Source: a virus | Lineage: Duplodnaviria > Caudoviricetes | Length of the DNA: 64,000 nt | Reading direction: 5' to 3' (one strand) | IMG/VR virus record: IMGVR_UViG_2907202186_000003 | Location: 64,001-128,000 of that record | Shown: piece by piece, positions 26,819 through 35,716 of the stretch | Numbering within the stretch: the first letter of the stretch is position 1 | How the letters are laid out: every line of letters begins with the position of its first letter | Made by a program: the position numbers and the translations under genes | Notes under the pieces: generated by a model | Seen by the model: the letters and a program-made list of their open reading frames with translations, nothing else | Database searches by the model: none | Told to the model about the DNA's origin: nothing

Positions 26819-27286
26819 TCAAGTAAAATATTGATAATCAAATTCAATATTTAGCTCAATTTGCTCTATTGTCGGCTCCCAATATATTAAATTACCTTGA
26901 TCTTTATAATAAGCTACGTTGTTTTTTATAAAGAATGTCTTATTCGAATAAAATCCACAATTTCTCATATCCTCCAATAAATATTTTAAATCGTTACAGT
27001 CATCATTGAACAATAAACCATTTATATAGTTATAGTATTTAGCAAGATTATAAATTAATATCTCGTCTAAGCAGAATTCTAGATTTGGATGAAGTAAAAC
27101 CTTATTCAAATTTATAAAAATTGTATCCTCTTCAAAAATCACATAACTATATCTATATTTCATTTTATTAGGAATGAATATTTTTCCTTTATATTCAAGA
27201 CTACATATCTTCTTTGCGAGAAATTTAGTCTTTCTTTCTAACATTGGAATGGAATTATCATCTTTCGAGAGTAATGTTTGAATCAA
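26819..27286 (-). CDS. Hypothetical protein, possibly a degenerate SprT-like fold
   Basis: EILIYNLAKYY where HExxH would be expected. Confidence 0.5.
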   Translation of the reverse strand: MIQTLLSKDDNSIPMLERKTKFLAKKICSLEYKGKIFIPNKMKYRYSYVIFEEDTIFINLNKVLLHPNLEFCLDEILIYNLAKYYNYINGLLFNDDCNDLKYLLEDMRNCGFYSNKTFFIKNNVAYYKDQGNLIYWEPTIEQIELNIEFDYQYFT

Positions 27287-27451
27287 AATATTCTCTCCTT
27301 TTATTAAAGATTTTACTTAGTGTTCAAATATACAATGTTACTAATTGTACCATTGTATATTTGTCTTGCCACCTAACCGCTCAATGTCAGCGGTTAACGC
27401 TCTAGGCTTAAGGCTCAATCCCGATATGTCGGGAACCGCCTAGACGGTTTA

Positions 27452-27724
27452 TTATACATTCTGTTTTAGTAACAGATAGTTATAACTTGCTAATTCATTA
27501 AGGTCAATTCCCTTTGATTCAATTAAATTTTTGATCTGTTCTTTAAAGGTATTCAGTCCAGTGATTCGGTCTTCTTTATTTGCAATTTCTTCGGTGTTTT
27601 GGATTTCTTGTATCGCAAAGCTAATATCGATCATAAATCTATATAATTCTACTGGAGTACCTTTTAATTTAACCTCTAATTCAATATTAGTTTCAAAATC
27701 ATTTTTCATTGTAATTACCTCCAT
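27452..27724 (-). CDS. Hypothetical protein
   Basis: ORF track; likely starts MKNDF after GGAGG. Confidence 0.6.
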   Translation of the reverse strand: MEVITMKNDFETNIELEVKLKGTPVELYRFMIDISFAIQEIQNTEEIANKEDRITGLNTFKEQIKNLIESKGIDLNELASYNYLLLKQNV

Positions 27725-27802
27725 TTTTTAGTCATATCATACCACTAATATGCAACATCAGTAATAATGAAATGAGGATTTCAATCTGATTTAATTCAAG
27801 TA

Positions 27803-28104
27803 TTAAACCTTAGCTGCTAACGTTAACATTTCATTAAACACTATTAGATTGCTATATGCCTCAATTGGATCGATGTCTCTCCATTGTGATATTCCTTTTG
27901 TCATCTCTTTAATAAGTTCCAAGCCTCTATTATTTACGTTTATGTAATTTCCTTCAGGATAGCGTTTAGAAATTAGCTTTCGGACTTCTTCCTCTCTTTC
28001 CTGATTGAATAACTTCTGTACTTCGTTATCCTTTAAAACTGCCTTTTGTGTTTTACTTCTTCATTGTAAGATTTTAAAGCCTTCCTTTTTCCCGTTCTAT
28101 TCAT
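27803..28104 (-). pseudogene. Frameshifted gene of about 100 aa
   Basis: MNRTGKRKALKSYNEEVKHKRQF then stop; continues in the -1 frame as LKDNEVQKLF...LAAKV; strong RBS and promoter. Confidence 0.5.
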
Positions 28105-28138
28105 ACAATCGCCTCCTATGTATTGACTTTATATTTTT

Positions 28139-28167
28139 ATTATATTTATTTTATTGTTTAAAGTCAA
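28139..28167 (-). promoter_or_regulatory. sigmaA promoter
   Basis: TTGACT-17-TATAAT. Confidence 0.7.
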
Positions 28168-28235
28168 GCGTTTGTTTTACTTTTATTTTAACCCGCTTTG
28201 ATTTGTTTCATTGGTTTCACCTCCATTAGTTTAAT

Positions 28236-28760
28236 TTAAATCTTTTCCATCCACCAGACTGAGTCAGTGAAATCAAGCAGCCCGCCTTCGGTCAGGATCG
28301 ATTGTAAAGCCTTTTTGCCTCCTGCTGGTGTATAAGGTTTACCATCCCCTTTGAAGCCAAAGTAACCGAATGTAGGGTGATACAGTGTATAACCTTTTGG
28401 AATGATATAGCCACCTGGAACTATAAATTTTTGATTGGACAATTTCACAATTTTCAATGCTGCATTTATAGCTTTCGTTTCGTCTGTGCGTTCGTGATTA
28501 GTGTCATTGAGCGCTACGTACTCAAGAAGGAATGAAGTCATTGGAGATGCAGTAAACTCATTCTCGACTGCTTGAATAAGAAAGTCTGTTACTTGGATGT
28601 TTTCATCTTTCAGTGATTCATGAAAGCCCTGTTTAACTGTCAGTTGCTGACCAGGTAATAATTCGTTGTATGGGTGAGTACCAAAGTTAAAGATTTCGTT
28701 GGCCAGAAGATCGGAAAGATAATCCAGTTGTTCCATTTGGGAAAGTTGATTGAAGTTCAT
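28236..28760 (-). CDS. Hypothetical protein
   Basis: ORF track; RBS AAGGAG. Confidence 0.7.
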   Translation of the reverse strand: MNFNQLSQMEQLDYLSDLLANEIFNFGTHPYNELLPGQQLTVKQGFHESLKDENIQVTDFLIQAVENEFTASPMTSFLLEYVALNDTNHERTDETKAINAALKIVKLSNQKFIVPGGYIIPKGYTLYHPTFGYFGFKGDGKPYTPAGGKKALQSILTEGGLLDFTDSVWWMEKI

Positions 28761-28808
28761 TATAATACATCTCCTTATAGTACAATTTATATAGTTATAT
28801 TTATTTTA

Positions 28809-28904
28809 TTAGCGAAGGATTAAGGACCCATATACAGTTTGACCTTTTAATGCTTGCTTACGTTGCCACTGACTTTTTAAAACTGCTAATTTAGATTGAC
28901 TCAC
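28809..28904 (-). CDS. 31-aa basic peptide
   Basis: MSQSKLAVLKSQWQRKQALKGQTVYGSLILR; RBS GAGGAG; promoter upstream. Confidence 0.5.
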   Translation of the reverse strand: MSQSKLAVLKSQWQRKQALKGQTVYGSLILR

Positions 28905-29031
28905 TTGATAACAACTCCTCTTTAAATGATTAACCTTATATTTATAATTATAATGATTTTATTAATAAAGTCAAGTCATTTCTTTACTTTTCGAATTGAA
29001 TGTCAAAAATAAAACCGCTACATATGAGCGG

Positions 29032-29463
29032 TTAGACTATATAGTATTTGCTTTCCTTCTCTGTGATACGTCTAAACTTAAATAACACCTCTACAGGTTC
29101 ATTCACAACATTTGAAACCCTAATCATTGTTTGAGCATCCAAATTGCCATCAGAAAGAATCTGATTAGCTCTTTGCTTAGTAACTCCTAAAGCTGCTCCT
29201 AACTCTTCCTGAGTAATTCCCTTGCTTTTAACTACTTCCTTCGCTGCATTCTCGAAACCTTCGTTTCTAAATATGGCTAGTTGCTTATCAATGTATTTAC
29301 TTGCTTTTGGACTGAGGTAAATTTCTTTGCATTGATTACACTGGATAGCTGGAATATGTTCGATAACAAACGTCTTACCATATTCCTGGTGTTCCATTGT
29401 ATGAAGAATATCAGTTAAATCTTTTGAGCCACACTCTACACATTTTGACATTAAAGTACCCAT
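29032..29463 (-). CDS. YgiT/MqsA-type Zn-finger plus HTH antitoxin
   Basis: CVECG...IPAIQCNQCKE.Y and ITQEELGAALGVTKQR. Confidence 0.8.
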   Translation of the reverse strand: MGTLMSKCVECGSKDLTDILHTMEHQEYGKTFVIEHIPAIQCNQCKEIYLSPKASKYIDKQLAIFRNEGFENAAKEVVKSKGITQEELGAALGVTKQRANQILSDGNLDAQTMIRVSNVVNEPVEVLFKFRRITEKESKYYIV

Positions 29464-29500
29464 GTAACATTCTCCTTTTAGATGGACTTGCGGTGATTTC

Positions 29501-29782
29501 TCACCGCTTATCCATTACCGTTATGATTATGATTGCATTTTCTTCATCAAACTTGATTGCCAGTCTATGGCTATGTATTCCACCCTCAACCTTGTATGAT
29601 GTGATGCCGTCAGGATTGTCTGTGTCTACTCTTAGGATGCGGTTGACATTGATTAGTATGTCCTCGATGTCAGCAGTCGTAATATTGCGGTCTGTCATTC
29701 GTTGCCTTGCATGAAGTCTGAGGAAGTACTTACCTTGTTTAGCTAGTGACTTGATTAGAGATATGATTTCTTGGTCACTCAT
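29501..29782 (-). CDS. DUF4258 (RelE-like) toxin
   Basis: HARQRM..R.I...DI...IITV; upstream of the antitoxin. Confidence 0.75.
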   Translation of the reverse strand: MSDQEIISLIKSLAKQGKYFLRLHARQRMTDRNITTADIEDILINVNRILRVDTDNPDGITSYKVEGGIHSHRLAIKFDEENAIIIITVMDKR

Positions 29783-30138
29783 TATGATATCACCTCACTT
29801 ATCTATAAGTCAATTATACGCTTAACTTTGAGATTAGTCAATATATTTATACTGTATTTGTATGTTTATTTTGTTATAAATACAAATAAACCGCCAATTA
29901 TTTTTGACGGTTAAAGGTGATCTGATATCGACAGCCGTAAGGCTGTACGGAGCAAAACAGACGCTTCAGCGGATTTTTGTGACGTGCCTTTAATGTGCGA
30001 AGCACTAAGATTAATACTCAATCGATAATTAAGAAAAAATCCTTGTGAATACTTATATTTTCAATAAAAAGTTGGACAAAACAACCTTATTAATATACTT
30101 ATATAATAAGCCTGTTATAGCCAACTTTTTAATCATGT

Positions 30139-31260
30139 TTAAGTATTTTCTCCTTTATTTAAATGGATTTTTTCAATATCAGACCTTATGTTTGTGGCAT
30201 TTTGATCAATTAATGTGTTAACTAACTTCTTATTGTTTTTTATGTATGTGAGCACAGATCTATAATAATTCTCTTTGCTTTTTATAGCTCTATTGTGCCT
30301 TGTTTTCCCATTTTCCAGCAGCTTTGATTTAATATTATTGTTTACATTTAAAAATCTGCTCATTTTCTCTTCGTCAGTAAGTGTGAAATTATCAATGTCC
30401 TGAATGTCTTGTAATGCGTTTAAAGCATGTTCTTCATTAAAAATAATCTTATAAGAATTATAGTAAAAATAAATATTGTGATTGTCAAAAGTAATAGCTT
30501 GTACTCTACTTTTAAATGTGTCCCACAATCCCTTTTTTACAACCTCTTGTTTATCATGACATTCTAATTCGTCCATTACATCGCGTTCAGCTGCTAGTAT
30601 TATTTGAACCTCATTCTTAGTTGCTTCCCTATGGGTCATTCTCACACTAGAACTTATTCCAAAGCTATATACCCTATTACCATACTTATCTTTCTTATAT
30701 GAATCTTTAACTGCCTTGATCTTTCCTGAATCATTTATAGCAACATTAGCATCAATTATACACACAGTCATAGCATAAGACCACATTACTAAAGACTTCT
30801 CTTTAAGCCTGTTTAGTGCATTCTCTAAGCTCCTGGTTAATGAATCCCTAGATAGATCATAGAACTCATATATTTCTTTCTCGCTTATGTCGGTGAACAA
30901 GCTTAACTTTGGAACATGTTTACGTCCAAAATTATAATTATCATGAACCATATTTAATAATAAAAATAATGAACTCTTAGGAAGAAAGGCTTGCCCATTC
31001 CTTTCCTGTATAATTAGATCAAGCAATAACTCCTCTATGTCACTTATGTATCCATATCTACTAAGTTTGTGTCTTGGTTTCTTATAAACCTTTTCAATAT
31101 TATATTTATTGCCAAGCCTAGTATATTCAAAATACATTGTCCAGTCTTCGAGCTGCTTCCTTTTTGATGTTCCATTCTTAATGGGTTCATTCAAGAATAA
31201 GCATAACTCCTTGTAGTTCTTAAATAGTCGACCTTTTTTTAATTTAGATGTATCGATAAT
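30139..31260 (-). CDS. Putative replication/DNA-binding protein; possible ATT start
   Basis: Track ORF 30139..31194 extends in frame to ATT at 31260 after RBS GGGGGGA, adding FKNYKELC. Confidence 0.6.
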   Translation of the reverse strand: MIDTSKLKKGRLFKNYKELCLFLNEPIKNGTSKRKQLEDWTMYFEYTRLGNKYNIEKVYKKPRHKLSRYGYISDIEELLLDLIIQERNGQAFLPKSSLFLLLNMVHDNYNFGRKHVPKLSLFTDISEKEIYEFYDLSRDSLTRSLENALNRLKEKSLVMWSYAMTVCIIDANVAINDSGKIKAVKDSYKKDKYGNRVYSFGISSSVRMTHREATKNEVQIILAAERDVMDELECHDKQEVVKKGLWDTFKSRVQAITFDNHNIYFYYNSYKIIFNEEHALNALQDIQDIDNFTLTDEEKMSRFLNVNNNIKSKLLENGKTRHNRAIKSKENYYRSVLTYIKNNKKLVNTLIDQNATNIRSDIEKIHLNKGENT

Positions 31261-32705
31261 TCATTCCCCCCCAAAATGATGAATGTTATTGGTGTATGAG
31301 AACCGTTAAATAGGACACATAAGAGATGATCGTGTAAAGAATGATAGATATAACAAGATAGAGTGTACTAGTTAGATAGTACACTCATAGATAAGACAAA
31401 ATTTGCCCATTTTATGTTAAGGCTCGATAAAACTGCACCCCCAGGCATGAGGCTTCTAATTTAAAATTGAGTTTGGCCACATTTTTCGAAAATTTTCATC
31501 TCATTTTCAAATCACCTCATGCAATGATTGTCCTATCTCTAGATGGTACACAATATATCTTATATACCATCTAGGAAGGGTATGGGGGGATAGTTAAAAG
31601 CCCAAAAACTGGCAGATATGCAAAAAAATTCGGCAGCACATCCATTTCCACACCCATTCATAATTTTCCCTTCTCACTGTTTTACGTCATTTTCATCAAA
31701 TTTGACATCGTATTCGTAATCGTATTACCCCCATTTTCCCCTTTGTTTATATACACTTTTTCACCTTACTTTTTTACGTCTTATCCTCTCTTTGCCCATT
31801 TTAAACATCAAAATCACCATTTCCCCCTTATTCTATATAGGGTTTTACGATGTCGAGTTAACGATATAGCCCTTTTCGACCTGTTCTTCATCTTATTCCC
31901 TTATAAAATCTACACTTTTCTCTCCTCACGATAAAATGGTCAATCGTCACATTTTCAATTTGCGATAACATTTCGGGTAATTGTTAGAGTAGGGATACTT
32001 GATTTATTGAAAGATGGGTGTTTCAAGAGTTATTAGTTCCTTTTCCTGCAGATATAATGATTTCTTATCCAGTATCTAAGTCTGTCGGCAATGTTAGGAA
32101 TATAAATCCAGAACTAATTGAGGAAATACCTTTAAACTCGAAGTAGCAACAAACCCGATAAAATGTATGAGCGTAGGATACACCCCAACTTCAATTCTAC
32201 GCTCTAATCTCTTATTAATTAATCATGAATTCAGCATATAACTACCTCCACCAATACAAACACCTTGCCTGTGTAATTAATTTCAATTTCATTGATTTAA
32301 TTAATAGCGAATAAGCAAGATGAGGCACTAGCAAGATCCTCCAACAATAATCAAAGAATCTCCCTCCACCATACTTCAAGTTTAAATTCTATATAGTCAA
32401 ACCTCTAACATCGATTTTAAGCTCAAATTCTAAAGAGTAATCAATAGAATCAGAACATACCTCCCCAAACAAGTACAAACACCTCACCTGAACATTTATA
32501 TTTCAAATTCATGATTAATTTATTAGCTAATTCAAGAACTATAATAATCACTCAACCTTTAACAATTTAAATATAATCAAATTCAAATATAATACCCAAG
32601 CGCAAGCGATCATTGCCAAACAGGGGGAAAATGTTTTTCGCCCCCCTTTAAATACTGGTTCTAATTGTCTATATTTCTATAGTCTATATATACTCTTTAT
32701 ATAGG

Positions 32706-32800
32706 TGCAAAATATGCAGCATAAATTGCACTTCAAACTAGTAATTTCTGCACTTCAAACTAGTAAATTTTGCACCTCTAGTGGTAATTTTTGCACTTAG
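32706..32800. repeat. Iteron-like 21-22-bp direct repeats (probable origin)
   Basis: TGCACTTCAAACTAGTAA at 32727 and 32749; TGCAC cores at 32771 and 32792. Confidence 0.75.
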
Positions 32801-32847
32801 CAAAAAATGGCGTCATATCAAGGGGTAATATTCACAGAAAAAAGAGA

Positions 32848-33465
32848 CTAAAGAAGATTCTCTAGTCTCACATCATAATGGTTATTGTATCTGTTCCAAT
32901 TCATCATTCCATCTTCATCATATTCAGATCTAACCTTGTGCTCTGTAATATTCAACAACTTTGCATTCTTTAATCGCTTATTGTATTCAATAATTGATCT
33001 AACCGACACTCCAGTATCACGTTGAATTGTCTCTTGAGATGCATAGCAAAACTGATTTATTGTGTTAGCTCTAATAATAAAGCTTTCGTAATAGTATAGC
33101 AGCCTAAACCCAACGCAACCTATGTTGTTTATCCTGGTGAACAGTTTGGTTGGGAGCTGTGTAAATGGTTTTGTGAATAATATTTTATTCAATCGTACAA
33201 CGCTCATCTGCTTTCTATGTATAACTACTTCGTCCATTATGTATTCCTGCTCATATAGATTTGTTAGTGATTTCTTTAAGGTTCTATTGTCATGTATTCC
33301 TATTACCCGTTTTACCTCATTGAAGTCTACCTCGAACAAATCCTTTTTACTACCAGAAAAGAAATGAGCATACTTTAAACTGGCTAGAACGCAGAAGTCC
33401 AGTGGGTTAATATTCGGATCTCTTACAATATAGTTTGGGACTTGAATGAAAGCTGTATTACTCAT
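32848..33465 (-). CDS. Winged-HTH replication initiator-like protein
   Basis: Two FxQxP..wHTH repeats; CYASQETI...GVS.RSI; adjacent iterons. Confidence 0.7.
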   Translation of the reverse strand: MSNTAFIQVPNYIVRDPNINPLDFCVLASLKYAHFFSGSKKDLFEVDFNEVKRVIGIHDNRTLKKSLTNLYEQEYIMDEVVIHRKQMSVVRLNKILFTKPFTQLPTKLFTRINNIGCVGFRLLYYYESFIIRANTINQFCYASQETIQRDTGVSVRSIIEYNKRLKNAKLLNITEHKVRSEYDEDGMMNWNRYNNHYDVRLENLL

Positions 33466-35716
33466 TGAAACTATCCAGTCTTAGTAATTCACAAAGATGC
33501 GTATTTCTGCGTTTACTCTCCACTTTGCGGATTGCAAAATTAATTGTCTCAGCTTGAGTAATTAGTATCCCCTTTTTCTTGGCTCTTGTAAGCATTGTAT
33601 AAAGCATGTTTGCTGATACCTGGAACTTATGAGATCGATCAACAATACTTAATACTGCAGGTGCACTATCGCCCTGCGCTTTATGTCCAGTTCTACACCA
33701 GGCAGCTAACAATTGAAATACATCTTTATAGTCAATTCTAAATGCTCCAGTATCAAACTCAATGATTATCCCCTTCTTATCACGTTCCAGCAATTCATCT
33801 GAATCTGTTTTAGCGTCTTCAAACTTTAGGTCAATTACTTTTCCTGAATCACCATTTACAATATCCACTATAGTTTCTTCTAGGTTTTTAACTCTGTACA
33901 TGTTTGTTGTATTAAGGATATAATCTCCTACTCGGATCACATTTTCATTATCCTTACCGTATTCATATTCAAGTTTATCTTCTGACTTAGCATTTACAAT
34001 AGATTGAATATATTTATTTATTTGAACTGTACCAAGTTTATTCTTCTTAGTTGGAGTCAACACCATTATTTCTTCGGGCTCATACTCATTAAGAAGGTAA
34101 TTGTAATAATGCTTATAACCATTCTCCATATCAGCTTGATATAGACAATGAATCAGCAAATCCTTCCCAAACAATTTCTTACCTTCAAAATCGTCTTTAA
34201 GGAAGTACTCTCCCTTTCGGATCTTTGTAGCAACATCCAGAAGTCCACCCTCTTCTTGTCTAAAAACAATATCTAACTTAGTCATAGGTATAACTCCACT
34301 TTCAATTGAATCATGCAAAACGTTTCCAGCTTGGATTGACAAGAACTGAAAGTCATCGCCTACAAAGAGAATTCTCGCTTTAGGGTTCTTAATCTTTGCT
34401 AAAAGTGAGGAAAGGATGTAAATGTCAGTCATACCCGATTCATCGATTATTACAAAATCCTCATTAATCTCATACATCATTTCTTCATCCTTGCCAGCAC
34501 CATAGCCAATCTTCCGATGTATTGTTTGAGCGTCAAATCCTGTGTATTGCTTTGTTACTTTGGCAGCCTGTGCAGAAGGGGATAAAAGTGTATAAGTTAA
34601 TTTCAACTGGCTTAATAATTCAATAAGGAATTTTTGTAATTGGCTTTTTCCCGTTCCAGCATATCCTGCAAGCAATCCCGCCTTTGAATGTCTAATCATC
34701 CTAAAAAAGTCTTTCTGTTGATGCGTTAGACCATTAACTAAAATATCCTTATATTTATTTTCAATTTGTTTAATAAACTCATCAGGATTAAAGTTTAACT
34801 CCTCACCATTGCTCTCGCTTAACATCATCTTCAATCGTTTTGCTATGTATTTTTCTGCATTATACGCTTTAATGAGTGATACTTTATCATCAATAAACTT
34901 CAATTCCCCTGTTTTTTCAAGAATCTGTTCAACCAAGCATTCTTCAACCTCTAACTTTTCCGATGAAGATCTTAACAACTCATCACGATACATAAAGGTA
35001 TGACCCTGCTGTTCGTTATCTTCGAGTGTATATCTGATTCCATACTCAATTCTATTTTCATCATTAAACTGCACACCCATTGCTCGTGCTATCTTATCTG
35101 CGCGTTTAAATCCAAAACCGTTTAGCTTGGTAAGTATGTATGGACACTCATCGAGTTTCTGCGTTGCTAATTGGATAGACCCAAGCAATGTTTTCAACTT
35201 TGTGATAATCTCATATGTAATTCCGAACCTAGCATATTTACTAAGAATATCTTTGAACTCAATGTTTTCTTCAATACGATTTTTAATCTTTATCAATGTT
35301 TTTTCTCCAAAGTGTTTTACTTTTTTATAATCGAACTTATCCTTCATTATCAGCTCTATAATATCCTCGTCAGGATAAGTTCGGTATACTTCAGCCAACT
35401 GTATTTCCGTCATCATTGTAGCCAGGAATTCTTTTTGTCCATCTAACGTTTCCGGTACATCTTGATATATGGATATGATGTTATAACTTGCTCCAAATTT
35501 CGGATCAATTTTATCAAGAACAATTTGTGCTGTATACTCAGTATCTAACTCCAAACGTTGCATAACGCCTTTTATTGAAACATTTCCGTACTCATTCTTC
35601 TCAACCTCGCTGCTATTCGTAATACATGCGTATATCCGAAAGTCGTTCTTATTGTCTGCTTCCTTTTTTGGAAACATCATTCGTACAGGCGTTAATTTTA
35701 GTTCAATAAAGCTCAA
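33458..35716 (-). CDS. recD2: RecD2-like SF1B helicase
   Basis: GFGFKRAD, GYAGTGKS, IIDE, VGD..Q, FRQ, NGD.G, HKAQG, YT.LTRAK. Confidence 0.88.
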   Translation of the reverse strand: MSFIELKLTPVRMMFPKKEADNKNDFRIYACITNSSEVEKNEYGNVSIKGVMQRLELDTEYTAQIVLDKIDPKFGASYNIISIYQDVPETLDGQKEFLATMMTEIQLAEVYRTYPDEDIIELIMKDKFDYKKVKHFGEKTLIKIKNRIEENIEFKDILSKYARFGITYEIITKLKTLLGSIQLATQKLDECPYILTKLNGFGFKRADKIARAMGVQFNDENRIEYGIRYTLEDNEQQGHTFMYRDELLRSSSEKLEVEECLVEQILEKTGELKFIDDKVSLIKAYNAEKYIAKRLKMMLSESNGEELNFNPDEFIKQIENKYKDILVNGLTHQQKDFFRMIRHSKAGLLAGYAGTGKSQLQKFLIELLSQLKLTYTLLSPSAQAAKVTKQYTGFDAQTIHRKIGYGAGKDEEMMYEINEDFVIIDESGMTDIYILSSLLAKIKNPKARILFVGDDFQFLSIQAGNVLHDSIESGVIPMTKLDIVFRQEEGGLLDVATKIRKGEYFLKDDFEGKKLFGKDLLIHCLYQADMENGYKHYYNYLLNEYEPEEIMVLTPTKKNKLGTVQINKYIQSIVNAKSEDKLEYEYGKDNENVIRVGDYILNTTNMYRVKNLEETIVDIVNGDSGKVIDLKFEDAKTDSDELLERDKKGIIIEFDTGAFRIDYKDVFQLLAAWCRTGHKAQGDSAPAVLSIVDRSHKFQVSANMLYTMLTRAKKKGILITQAETINFAIRKVESKRRNTHLCELLRLDSFNE

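Larger units (their letters stand above)
8111..27784. repeat. Dispersed 18-bp palindrome family RTRAAA-N6-TTTHAY at gene boundaries
   Basis: About 28 copies, e.g. ATGAAAGGATCATTTCAT 18072, ATGAAATAAACCTTTCAC 14315, ATAAAACTTGCATTTCAT 10717, GTGAAAGTAACCTTTCAT 23532; outliers at 2389 and 56392. Confidence 0.85.

Noticed and set aside
31743-31934. 63-aa ORF in the non-coding region
   Set aside because: Low-complexity translation of a pyrimidine-rich tract with no RBS.
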